Part shown: positions 30,108 to 38,617 of the stretch, in pieces
How the letters are laid out: each line of letters opens with the position of its first letter
Numbering within the stretch: position 1 is the stretch's first letter
Source: Candidatus Hadarchaeota archaeon
GTDB taxonomy: Archaea; Hadarchaeota; Hadarchaeia; Hadarchaeales; JAWBSP01
Assembly (NCBI GenBank): GCA_964474885.1
Contig: CAYYWO010000003.1
Coordinates: forward strand, 1 to 64,000
Length of the DNA stretch: 64,000 nt
Reading direction: 5' to 3'
The notes under the pieces: generated by a model
Database searches by the model: none
Told to the model about the DNA's origin: nothing
What the model saw: the letters and a program-made list of their open reading frames with translations, nothing else
Position numbers and translations under genes: made by a program

Positions 30108-31055
30108 CTACAAGCCTTTCCTGAACTCGAGCAGGAATCTCTGACTCGCTGCCGCCACCGCCCCATACATGCCTACTTCCTCCCCGAGAACCGTAAGCTC
30201 AATCTTGGGCACGGCATTGATTGCATACTCCTTTACCCGCTCCCTCACGGGATCCAAGATCAGCTGCCCGGCCGCCAGGGCTACCGCTCCCCCGACGACT
30301 ATGAGCTCGGGATCGTAGGAGTTTATCACGTTGGCGAATCCTATGGTGTTAAACTTGTGCACCTGCTCCATCAGCCGCTGAACCCTCTTGTCCCCTTGCC
30401 TGGCGAGAGAGAGGATCTGCTCGCAGGACTTCTGCATGCCCATGTGCCTAGCCAGAGCCTCTATGCCAGGTCCGGAGCAGTAAGCCTCCCAATGCCCCCT
30501 CCTGCCGCACCTGCACTTGAGCTTTCCCTCCGGATCCACCGTGTAATGCCCGACCTCGTGGGCATTCCCGTCCTTCCCCCAAAGCACCCTCCCATCCACG
30601 TAAATGCCTGCCCCTATGCCCGCACCTAGGTTGATGTAAACCATGTTGTCCACTCCCTTCCCCAAGCCGAACTCGTGCTCACCTATCGCTGCCGCCACAC
30701 AGTCGTTTATGAGATAAACATCTGTCTTTAGTTTCTTCTGTAGGGTCTGAACCAAAGGAACGCGCTCGAATGGGAGATGGACGGGATTTACTAACTCGCC
30801 CTTGCTCAGATCCATGGGGCCGAAGGAAGCTACGCAGGCGATGGAGAGCTCCGAGGGCTGGATGCCGGCCTTCTTGCACAGGTTCTCCGATATCTTGACC
30901 AGCTGAAGGAGGAATTCTCTCATGCTTCCCTTCTTAGTCGGCTCTTTGATCGTGTAGAGCAACTCCTTCCCGTCGGAGATGCCTGCCCTTACCTTCTTCC
31001 CACCAACATCTATGCCAAGATAGATGCTCCCCCAGGTTTCTTCGATCTTGTACAA
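30108..31055 (-). CDS. ROK family sugar kinase
   Basis: GIDVGG, NDCVAAAIGE, GIGAG, EVGH, CRCGRRGHWE; start uncertain. Confidence 0.88.
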   Translation of the reverse strand: MYKIEETWGSIYLGIDVGGKKVRAGISDGKELLYTIKEPTKKGSMREFLLQLVKISENLCKKAGIQPSELSIACVASFGPMDLSKGELVNPVHLPFERVPLVQTLQKKLKTDVYLINDCVAAAIGEHEFGLGKGVDNMVYINLGAGIGAGIYVDGRVLWGKDGNAHEVGHYTVDPEGKLKCRCGRRGHWEAYCSGPGIEALARHMGMQKSCEQILSLARQGDKRVQRLMEQVHKFNTIGFANVINSYDPELIVVGGAVALAAGQLILDPVRERVKEYAINAVPKIELTVLGEEVGMYGAVAAASQRFLLEFRKGL

Positions 31056-31064
31056 AAATGTTTG

Positions 31065-31928
31065 ATGGAGATTCTGAGCGATTTCGATCCTTGGGGGGAT
31101 CCCCTCTGCACCTGCCCGCCCAAGTACTCTCTTAACCCTTACACGGGCTGCCAGCATGCGTGCGTTTACTGCTATATCACCTCCTATATCCCCAACGGCT
31201 TCAAGTGCAGAGCTAAGAAAAACCTCATAGCCAGGCTTTCAAGGGATCTCAACAAGGTGGACAAGGAAAAGCCCATAAGCCTTTCGAACAGCAGCGACCC
31301 CTACCCGCCCATGGAGGCTGAGCTCAAGCTGACGAGGAAATGCCTAGAGCTCATCGTGCAGGCAGGTGTCCCTTTCCAGATCGTGACCAAGGGAGACCTC
31401 GTGACGAGGGATCTGGATCTTTTAAAAGAGGGTAAATGCGTAGTGAGCCTCACCATAACCACCTTAGATGAGGGACTGGCCAAGAGGCTGGAGCCTGGAG
31501 CGCCCAGGCCCAAGGAGAGGCTCAGGGCGATGCGAGTGCTCTCCAAGGCAGGCATCCCCGTCACTCTCAGGGCCGACCCCATCTTCCCGTACTTGAACGA
31601 GGAGGGGATCGTGGAGGTTGTGGAGGCTGCCGCTCAGGCAGGGGCGAGGCACGTCACGGCCTCCACCTTCAAGCCCAGGCCCGACTCCTGGAGGAGGATG
31701 ACGCTCTCCTTCCCGGAGTTCTGCGAGCGCACGAAGCGGCTGTATTTCGACTACGGGTGGAAGCACGGCCCCAGCAGGTACCTCCCGAAAAGGCTGAGAG
31801 TCCAGCTCCTAGACAGGGTCAGAAGGGTGTGCGAGAGGCTGGGAGTTTCTTTCGCGACATGTAGAGAGGGGCTAAAATTCCGGGCGCCCAGCTGCGACGG
31901 GACTCACCTGATCAGAGCGCGTCCTTGA
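31065..31928 (+). CDS. Radical SAM protein (spore photoproduct lyase-like)
   Basis: NPYTGCQHACVYCY, SDPYPP, LEPGAP. Confidence 0.88.
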   Translation: MEILSDFDPWGDPLCTCPPKYSLNPYTGCQHACVYCYITSYIPNGFKCRAKKNLIARLSRDLNKVDKEKPISLSNSSDPYPPMEAELKLTRKCLELIVQAGVPFQIVTKGDLVTRDLDLLKEGKCVVSLTITTLDEGLAKRLEPGAPRPKERLRAMRVLSKAGIPVTLRADPIFPYLNEEGIVEVVEAAAQAGARHVTASTFKPRPDSWRRMTLSFPEFCERTKRLYFDYGWKHGPSRYLPKRLRVQLLDRVRRVCERLGVSFATCREGLKFRAPSCDGTHLIRARP

Positions 31929-32409
31929 GCCTCCACCCGAATCTGGAAACCCTCTCCTCCAAGTTTGATAGGAATTCCCTGTCCGGGGCTGGGAGACTTC
32001 CCTTTCTAAGTAGTGCCTTTCCCAGCTCCAGCTCCCCCGTGGAAAGTCTGACGGGGCCTTCCAGCATGCTCCTGAGGGCCTCCCTGTACTGCTCCCGGGT
32101 GAGGAGCCCATCTACTACATGGATCTCGATGGGCTTCCACTCGGGTTTGGAGAGGAAGCTGAGGATCTGCTCGCATGCCCCGGGCGGGACAGCTATCACG
32201 CTCTTGCCTAAAGCTAGGTGTGGTATGGTAGAAAGGAGACCTGGTACGTATGTTCTGTAAAGGCGATTCCCCCTGCGCTTGCTGGTGTAATACCCGAACA
32301 GTTGCCTGTAAAACTTCACCTTCTTGGAGCCCTTTGCACCCAAGTCGAAGCTGATTATCTTGGCCCAGACCCCCTTCTTTCTAGTGGAACTACCTTCATC
32401 CTTTAGCAT
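31912..32409 (-). CDS. Hypothetical protein, possible Cas2/PaaX-like ferredoxin fold with basic insert
   Basis: IISFDL...KFYRQLFGY...GLL..IP...LGKSVIAVP pattern; ATG at 32409. Confidence 0.6.
   Translation of the reverse strand: MLKDEGSSTRKKGVWAKIISFDLGAKGSKKVKFYRQLFGYYTSKRRGNRLYRTYVPGLLSTIPHLALGKSVIAVPPGACEQILSFLSKPEWKPIEIHVVDGLLTREQYREALRSMLEGPVRLSTGELELGKALLRKGSLPAPDREFLSNLEERVSRFGWRLKDAL
32369..32390 (-). promoter_or_regulatory. ORB-like (Orc1/Cdc6 origin recognition box) element
   Basis: Minus strand GTTCCACTAGAAAGAAGGGGGT matches the TTCCAnnnGAAAnnnGGGG ORB pattern. Confidence 0.65.
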
Positions 32410-32411
32410 GC

Positions 32412-32435
32412 TGTCTGTTACTATAGTAACAGACA
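32412..32435. repeat. 24-bp palindrome copy 6
   Basis: TGTCTGTTACTATAGTAACAGACA (perfect palindrome). Confidence 0.95.
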
Positions 32436-32464
32436 CCTTAATAACTTGGTTGAGTTTTTCTTAG

Positions 32465-32486
32465 CTTCCAGTTGAAACTAGGGGGT
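32465..32486 (+). promoter_or_regulatory. ORB-like element
   Basis: CTTCCAGTTGAAACTAGGGGGT; 17/22 identical to the inverted box at 32369-32390. Confidence 0.65.
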
Positions 32487-33518
32487 TCCTTTCACCCAAC
32501 TGCTGACCTGCCCAAGCAATTCAGCTGCCCGCTTGTTTCTCTCGAAATGCGCTCTGACAGGCTCAATCAGTCTGTCTAAGTACTCGGCGCATGCGAGCTT
32601 CAGATCGAGCGGGTGTATTTGTCCATCCCTGTAGGCCTGCTCGAGCTCTCCAAAGTGCGTGAAGGTCTCCCAGTTACCTCCCCTAAGTCTGACCCTGAAC
32701 TCTTGGAACTCCTCGAACACTAGGTGCCTGATGTAGTCCATGATCGGATTGTTTGGGTCCCGCTGGGGGCAGTAGGCCCTCCTCAGCTTCCGCTCGATCT
32801 CCTGCTTGGAGTCGTGCACGAAGATACAGGTCTCTGGCCTGCTCTTGCTCATCTTCTCCTCCGAGGTTCTCCCCATGAGCCCCATCAGCATGTGGTGGTG
32901 GATGGCGACAGGTTTGGGTTTCCCTATTTTGGGCGCTACCTCCCTAGCCAGCATGTTCGCCCTCCGTTGATCCATGCCCAGCTGGCAGACCTGAACGCCC
33001 AGGTAAAAGATGTCCGCCACTTGCATACTGGGGTAGAAGATCCAAGCGGTAGGATTGTGCAGGCTCTCCCCCCTTCCCGCGATGGTGAGGGCCCTGAGGC
33101 TCCTGGAGAGAGTGTGGTGCTTGGCTATGTTGAGGACGAGCCTCCAATACTCGGGATCCCTGACCAAGTCGGAGGACCAGACTATTTCCACTCTGTCCAG
33201 AGGGACGCCTGCGGCCTTCCAGACCTCGATCAGGTATTTCCCTACGGTCCTTATCTTTTCTAGATCCCCCCCCACCTTGTCGTTTATCCAAGCGAACCAG
33301 TCCGCAAGCAGTAGTTTGAACCTGAAGCCGGCCTGCAGGAAGCGCCGGAGCGTCAGGGGCCTGTAAATGCCGAAGGGGAGGTGGGCTAGGCCTGAGGGCT
33401 CGAAGCCGTCGTAGGCAAGGGGGGACTCCTCGGTCTCCAGCAGGCTCCTGAGCTCCTCCTCCGTTACGATCTCCTCGGCCACACGTTTGACCAGCTGGAG
33501 CTTGGTTTCAACGTCCAC
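32478..33518 (-). CDS. tyrS: Tyrosyl-tRNA synthetase
   Basis: YDGFEPSG, YPSMQVADI, GMDQRR, KMSKS, HPLDLK. Confidence 0.95.
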   Translation of the reverse strand: MDVETKLQLVKRVAEEIVTEEELRSLLETEESPLAYDGFEPSGLAHLPFGIYRPLTLRRFLQAGFRFKLLLADWFAWINDKVGGDLEKIRTVGKYLIEVWKAAGVPLDRVEIVWSSDLVRDPEYWRLVLNIAKHHTLSRSLRALTIAGRGESLHNPTAWIFYPSMQVADIFYLGVQVCQLGMDQRRANMLAREVAPKIGKPKPVAIHHHMLMGLMGRTSEEKMSKSRPETCIFVHDSKQEIERKLRRAYCPQRDPNNPIMDYIRHLVFEEFQEFRVRLRGGNWETFTHFGELEQAYRDGQIHPLDLKLACAEYLDRLIEPVRAHFERNKRAAELLGQVSSWVKGTP

Positions 33519-33996
33519 CTTTCAGCCTCTCCGCCAGCTGGGCGACCTTCCTGCCCAGGCCCCGGCACTCCTTCTCCGCCTGCTCGTCCGGCGCCCCGTT
33601 AGCAGCCGCCCCGAAGTGCCCGCCGGTTGAGAGAGGATCCCCGCACACCACCATGCCGTGCACGAGCAGGGAGTGAAGGATAGAGAGCATGGTAGTCTCT
33701 CTTCCTCCTGCCCTGTGTCTGGAGGAGCAGAATGCTGCACCTACTTTCCCCTCCAGCTTCCCCCTCACCCTTATGGATTCGTCGAGGAACTTCTTCACCT
33801 CTGCCGCAGGTCCGGCGAAGTAAGCCGGGCTGCCTATGATGACCCCATCGGCTTCCAAGAGCTCCTCGACCCTCGCCTCCCTGACATCCTTCAGAACGAC
33901 TTCGGCCCCGGCCTCCCTAGCTCCCCTAGCTACCTCCTCAGCCATCCGCTTCGTGTTCCCGGTTCTCGAGTAGTAAAGGACGAGTATCCTAGCCAT
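33508..33996 (-). CDS. Flavodoxin/WrbA-like NAD(P)H-dependent oxidoreductase
   Basis: YYSRTGNT, GSPAY, GKVGAAF, GGRETT. Confidence 0.88.
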   Translation of the reverse strand: MARILVLYYSRTGNTKRMAEEVARGAREAGAEVVLKDVREARVEELLEADGVIIGSPAYFAGPAAEVKKFLDESIRVRGKLEGKVGAAFCSSRHRAGGRETTMLSILHSLLVHGMVVCGDPLSTGGHFGAAANGAPDEQAEKECRGLGRKVAQLAERLKGGR

Positions 33997-34032
33997 CTAT
34001 TCAGTTTTCCCAATTTCAAAAATCAGGCCGAG

Positions 34033-34056
34033 TGTCTGTTACCATGGTAACAGACA
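34033..34056. repeat. 24-bp palindrome copy 7
   Basis: TGTCTGTTACCATGGTAACAGACA. Confidence 0.95.
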
Positions 34057-34091
34057 AACCTCAACGGGTTAAAACGTGTTCGAAAGATTAG

Positions 34092-34580
34092 ATGGAGGCA
34101 AAGCCGATAATAGCCCTTACTCTGATCTGTGCCCTCTGGGGGATGGTTCTAGGTTTTGTGCACCAGCTGACCGAGGCGAAGATCAAGGAGGCCGAGCAGA
34201 AGGAGAAGGAGAAGCAGTTGCTTCAGATCTTCCCCGGCTGCACCTTCGAGGAGGAGAACGGCATATACTACTGCTATTCCGAGAACCAGCTGGTCGGGAA
34301 GGCCGTGGAGGTGCAGGTGAGGGGTTATGGGGGGCCCATGAAGGTATTAGTAGGCATCAGGATAGACAACACGATTCAGGGGGTTCGGGTGCTCTCTCAT
34401 AATGAGACGAGAGGAATAGGGACGAAAGCCACGGATCCTGAGTACCTCGCCCAGTACGAGGGGCTGGCATACGAGCAACTGGCGTTCAGACCGGAGGGGG
34501 AGGTGGAGGCGATAACAGGAGCTACGATAACCTCAACCGCCATCCTGCAGGCCGTGAGGGAGGCGATGCAGCATGCCTGA
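34092..34580 (+). CDS. rnfG: Rnf complex subunit G
   Basis: GYGGP, HNETRGIG, ITGATITS FMN site. Confidence 0.93.
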   Translation: MEAKPIIALTLICALWGMVLGFVHQLTEAKIKEAEQKEKEKQLLQIFPGCTFEEENGIYYCYSENQLVGKAVEVQVRGYGGPMKVLVGIRIDNTIQGVRVLSHNETRGIGTKATDPEYLAQYEGLAYEQLAFRPEGEVEAITGATITSTAILQAVREAMQHA

Positions 34581-35166
34581 GCTGGGTTGGGAGCTGAAGA
34601 AGGGGCTGGCGAAGAAGAACCCGATCTTCATGCTAATGCTCGGGCTCTGCCCCTTCCTGGCGATTTCCACCTCCGTTGAGAACGCCCTGGGCATGTCTGC
34701 GGCCTTCTCCTTCGTCCTCTTGGGCTCATGCCTGCTCGTCTCCTGCATCAGGAGGTGGGTGCCGAGGAACGTGCGCATCCCGATCTTTGTCGTCATTATT
34801 TCGGGCTTCGTGACGGTCACGGAGCTCCTGGTGAGGGCTTACTCCCCCACCCTCAGGGAGCGCTTGGGCATCTTCCTCCCCCTGATCACGGTCAACTGTA
34901 TAGTGCTGGGGAGGATAGAGGCCTTCGCCTCCAGGCGGTCCCCCCTCGAGACGGTGGCGGATGCCCTAGGCATGGCGGGGGGCTTCTGCCTGGCCATAAC
35001 CTCGGTGGCTCTCATCCGGGAGCTGGTGGGGACGGGAGGGATCAGCTTCTTCGGGCATACTTGGACCCTGCTAGCCCAGTCCATCTACGGCTTCCAGCTC
35101 TCCCCGGGAGGGTTCATTGTTATGGGTGTGATACTGGCTGCACTCAAGAAGAAGGGGGTGATATGA
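34573..35166 (+). CDS. rnfE: Rnf complex subunit E
   Basis: LGLCPFLA, VRIP, PLITVNCIVLGR. Confidence 0.93.
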   Translation: MPELGWELKKGLAKKNPIFMLMLGLCPFLAISTSVENALGMSAAFSFVLLGSCLLVSCIRRWVPRNVRIPIFVVIISGFVTVTELLVRAYSPTLRERLGIFLPLITVNCIVLGRIEAFASRRSPLETVADALGMAGGFCLAITSVALIRELVGTGGISFFGHTWTLLAQSIYGFQLSPGGFIVMGVILAALKKKGVI

Positions 35167-35741
35167 TGGAGAACCTGCTGAGCATCTTCCTAACTTCCAT
35201 GCTGATAAACAACATCGTGCTCACGCGCTACATAGGCCTCTGCCCATTCTTCGGCATCTCCAGAAATCTCGCGAACTCGGGCATGATGGGCCTGGCTGTC
35301 ACCTTCGTCATGCTGGGCTCCTGCACGGTCACCTGGTTTGTGAATCAGTTCCTCCTCGCTCCTTTTGGTGTTCAGTACATGCGCATAGTGGCCTTTATTC
35401 TCGTCATAGCCTCCTTCGTGCAGCTGGTGGAGATAATCATGCGGAAAGCCCTCCCCAAGTTTTACTCTGCTTTTGGAATATACCTGCCCCTCATAACCAC
35501 CAACTGTGCTATTCTAGCGGTCAACCTGATAAACTTCGACGAGGCGTACTCCCTGCCTGCCTCCTTGGTGAATGCCCTCGGGACGGGTTTAGGGTTCATG
35601 CTCGCCATATGCCTGCTTGCAGGCCTGAGGGAGAGGCTGGAGTCCGAGGAGCTCCCGCGCTCCATGCGGGGGGCACCTATAGCCTTCATCTCGGCTGGCC
35701 TCCTCGCCCTCGCCTTCCAAGGATTCGTGGGAATAGGATGA
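35163..35741 (+). CDS. rnfA: Rnf complex subunit A
   Basis: NNIVL, GLCPF, GIYLPLITTNCA. Confidence 0.93.
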   Translation: MMENLLSIFLTSMLINNIVLTRYIGLCPFFGISRNLANSGMMGLAVTFVMLGSCTVTWFVNQFLLAPFGVQYMRIVAFILVIASFVQLVEIIMRKALPKFYSAFGIYLPLITTNCAILAVNLINFDEAYSLPASLVNALGTGLGFMLAICLLAGLRERLESEELPRSMRGAPIAFISAGLLALAFQGFVGIG

Positions 35742-36511
35742 TAGGTGAACTCCTGACGCTGTCCTTGGTGGGGCTGGGGTTTGGGGCCCTCCTGAGCTGG
35801 GCTTCCTCTAGGTTCGCCGTTCAGGTGGACGAGCGCGTGGAGGAGGTGAAGAGCATGCTCCCGGGAGCCAACTGTGGGGCATGCGGGTTCAGGGGGTGTG
35901 AGGATTACGCCAAAGCACTAGTTGCAAACCCGAAGCTAATAGACAGGTGCAGAATTCTTACGCCATCGGAAAGGAAGCGCCTGGCCTCCTATCTAGGGAT
36001 AGAGACGGGGGAGGTGGAGTGGACAGTGGCGGTTCCTCTCTGCTCCGGGAAGAGCAAGAGGAGGTTCGAATACGTGGGGGAGCGCAGCTGCTTGTCCGCT
36101 TCCCTTTTGGAAGAAGGGCCCACCGCATGCAAGTATGCATGTCTTGGATTCGGGGACTGTGAGAGAGCATGCCCGTTCGAGGCCATAAAGATGGTGGACG
36201 GACTTCCACAAGTGGACTGGGAGAAGTGCAAGGGCTGCGGGCTCTGCGTCCAGGCCTGTCCCAGAGGAGTGATGAAGTTGCTACCTAGGAATGCCGCAGT
36301 GGTGGTGAGGTGCAACTCTCCGGAAATTGGGAAAGTGGTAGTGACAAGCTGTGACAATGGATGCATCAAGTGCAGGCTGTGCGAGAGGAACTGTCCAACT
36401 GGTGCGATAAAAGTTACCGACAAGGTCACGATCGACTACTCAATCTGCAACGCGTGCATGAAATGTGTTGAAGCCTGCCCCAGAAAGATCATCCAACCCC
36501 TCAAGGGCTGA
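35738..36511 (+). CDS. rnfB: Rnf complex subunit B
   Basis: LPGANCGACG plus multiple ferredoxin motifs. Confidence 0.93.
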   Translation: MIGELLTLSLVGLGFGALLSWASSRFAVQVDERVEEVKSMLPGANCGACGFRGCEDYAKALVANPKLIDRCRILTPSERKRLASYLGIETGEVEWTVAVPLCSGKSKRRFEYVGERSCLSASLLEEGPTACKYACLGFGDCERACPFEAIKMVDGLPQVDWEKCKGCGLCVQACPRGVMKLLPRNAAVVVRCNSPEIGKVVVTSCDNGCIKCRLCERNCPTGAIKVTDKVTIDYSICNACMKCVEACPRKIIQPLKG

Positions 36512-36526
36512 TAGTTTCACCTGATG

Positions 36527-36550
36527 TGTCTGTTACTATGGTAACAGACA
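36527..36550. repeat. 24-bp palindrome copy 8
   Basis: TGTCTGTTACTATGGTAACAGACA. Confidence 0.95.
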
Positions 36551-36608
36551 ACGAGGTCGTGACATCTCCGAGTTTTTTAAATTTTCACTTTGGGACTTTA
36601 CAAACTGC

Positions 36609-36632
36609 TTTCTGTTACCATGGTAACAGACA
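36609..36632. repeat. 24-bp palindrome copy 9
   Basis: TTTCTGTTACCATGGTAACAGACA. Confidence 0.92.
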
Positions 36633-36645
36633 GCAGTCAGAGATT

Positions 36646-38244
36646 TCAGCTCTTTTTGTGTTCTAGGCAGCTCTGGAGGAAAGCAACGAAAACTGGGGAA
36701 GGCTTTTCGAGTCTGGAGGTAAACTCGGGGTGGAACTGGGTACCCAGAAAGAAGGGATGATTGGGGAGCTCTAAAATCTCCATCCTCCTGCCATCGGGGG
36801 ATGTGCCCGAGAATTTCAGCCCGGCGGACTCGATCCTGGGGATGTAGGAGGGATTCACCTCATACCGGTGCCTGTGCCTTTCCCTTATGAGTTCCGAACC
36901 GTAGATGCGATGAGCTATAGTCCCTTTCTTGATCACGATCTCGTGGGCACCCAGCCTCATGGTCCCCCCCTTCTCCCTCACCTGTTTCTGCTCGGGTAGC
37001 AAGTCTATGACGGGATGGGGCGTGTTGGGGTCTATTTCGGTGCTGTTGGCATTCTTCAGCTTGAGGACGTTCCTAGCGAACTCCACGACGGCAAGCTGGA
37101 ATCCGAAGCACAGGCCTAGGAATGGCACCTTCCTCCTCCTGGCATACTTTATAGAGAGGATCTTCCCCTCGGTTCCCCTGCGACCGAAGCCTCCAGGGAC
37201 GAGAACGCCGTCGAAGGGATCGAGCAGGGAAAGCTCCCCAGCCTCCAGCCTCTCCGCCTCTATCCACCGAATGTCCACCCTCACCCCGAGGAAGGCGGCC
37301 GCGTGCTTGAGGGCCTCGTTGATGCTCAGGTAGGTGTCTGCGATCCTGACGTACTTCCCCACCATGGCTACCCTGATTTTCCTCCTCGCTTTTTTGACTT
37401 TCTCGACCAGCCTCCTCCACTCGGAGAGGTCGGAACTGCTGCCCCTGAGCCCCAGCCTCTCTAGGATTTTTTCGCCCAGCCCTTGGGCATCCAGCATGAG
37501 CGGGATCTCGTAAATGTTTTCAACGTCCACGTCCGAGAACACGGAGCCCTCGGGCACGTTGCAGAAGAGGGAGATCTTCCGCCTTGCCTCCTCCGTCAGA
37601 GGCTGTTTGCATCTGCATAGGATGAGATCGGGGGTGATGCCGGCTTCCCTGAGCTCCTTCACCGAGTGCTGGGTGGGCTTAGTCTTCTGCTCCCCAACTA
37701 CGTCCAGCGAGGGCACTAGGGTGACGTGGATGAAGATCACGTTGTTCGGTCCCTCCTCCAGTCTGAGCTGCCTGACGGCCTCTAGGAAGGGCATGGCCTC
37801 TATGTCCCCCACCGTCCCCCCGATCTCGACCAGGCAGACGTCTACGTCACAGGCCTTGGCGACACGTCTGATGCGGTTCTTGATGGCGTCCGTCACGTGG
37901 GGGATTATTTGTACAGTTTTTCCTAGATAGTCCCCCCTGCGCTCGGCTTGGATCACCTCCCAGTAGATCTGGCCGGTGGTTATGTTGTGCTCCTTCGTCA
38001 GGTTCTGGTTCAGGAAGCGCTCGTAGTGCCCCATGTCCTGATCTATCTCCCCCCCATCATCCGTCACGAAGATCTCCCCGTGCTCGAAGGGATTCATGGT
38101 TCCCGCATCCACGTTGAGATAGGGATCTATCTTAATGGCGGTAACTCGGAGACCCCTAGACTGCAGGATCTTCCCGATGGAGGCTGTGACTATCCCCTTT
38201 CCCAGCCCGCTTATAACACCGCCAGTTACTACCACGAATTTCAC
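36646..38244 (-). CDS. pyrG: CTP synthase
   Basis: [30 protein letters not shown]. Confidence 0.98.
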   Translation of the reverse strand: MKFVVVTGGVISGLGKGIVTASIGKILQSRGLRVTAIKIDPYLNVDAGTMNPFEHGEIFVTDDGGEIDQDMGHYERFLNQNLTKEHNITTGQIYWEVIQAERRGDYLGKTVQIIPHVTDAIKNRIRRVAKACDVDVCLVEIGGTVGDIEAMPFLEAVRQLRLEEGPNNVIFIHVTLVPSLDVVGEQKTKPTQHSVKELREAGITPDLILCRCKQPLTEEARRKISLFCNVPEGSVFSDVDVENIYEIPLMLDAQGLGEKILERLGLRGSSSDLSEWRRLVEKVKKARRKIRVAMVGKYVRIADTYLSINEALKHAAAFLGVRVDIRWIEAERLEAGELSLLDPFDGVLVPGGFGRRGTEGKILSIKYARRRKVPFLGLCFGFQLAVVEFARNVLKLKNANSTEIDPNTPHPVIDLLPEQKQVREKGGTMRLGAHEIVIKKGTIAHRIYGSELIRERHRHRYEVNPSYIPRIESAGLKFSGTSPDGRRMEILELPNHPFFLGTQFHPEFTSRLEKPSPVFVAFLQSCLEHKKS

Positions 38245-38436
38245 GGAAATCTAACCTAGGAGGTAACCTAATTAAAGGTTTCGTTACCCACGGTTATGGT
38301 CTTTCTAACAGTCCCTTTTCTTTTGTTCCCACCACGTCTTGTAGTTCATCTTTCTTTGAGTTCTCCCCATGCCTCCTTGTAGCTTCGGTACATCTTGAGG
38401 AAGATTCCCATAGGCTTAAAACCGCATACAGGCATT

Positions 38437-38460
38437 TGTCTGTTACCATGGTAACAGACA
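38437..38460. repeat. 24-bp palindrome copy 10
   Basis: TGTCTGTTACCATGGTAACAGACA. Confidence 0.95.
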
Positions 38461-38466
38461 GCGGAT

Positions 38467-38617
38467 TTAGGCTTCGCCGAAGAATCTGCCCCGCTGAATG
38501 TTTTCTGCTATGGTCTTCAGGATGCACTGCTTGCGGCCCTTGTCGTACCACATGCAGTCCTCCCCCTTACATGGGCCCTTCGTGAGGGGGGCAGAAACCA
38601 GGCTGTTTATCCTTCAT
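38467..38617 (-). pseudogene. Small Cys-rich protein with a +1 frameshift in a homopolymer run
   Basis: 151 nt; removing one C of a C6 run gives MKDKQPGFCPLTKGPCKGEDCMWYDKGRKQCILKTIAENIQRGRFFGEA. Confidence 0.45.

Noticed and set aside
20629-38460. Palindromes as a CRISPR array
   Set aside because: Spacing is irregular (80 bp to 4 kb) with whole genes between copies; no cas genes
20629-38460. Palindromes as dif/Xer sites or terminators
   Set aside because: Inner arm ends read TTA..TAA, the reverse of dif's TAA..TTA; no recombinase in the window; no U-tracts, and one copy is intragenic
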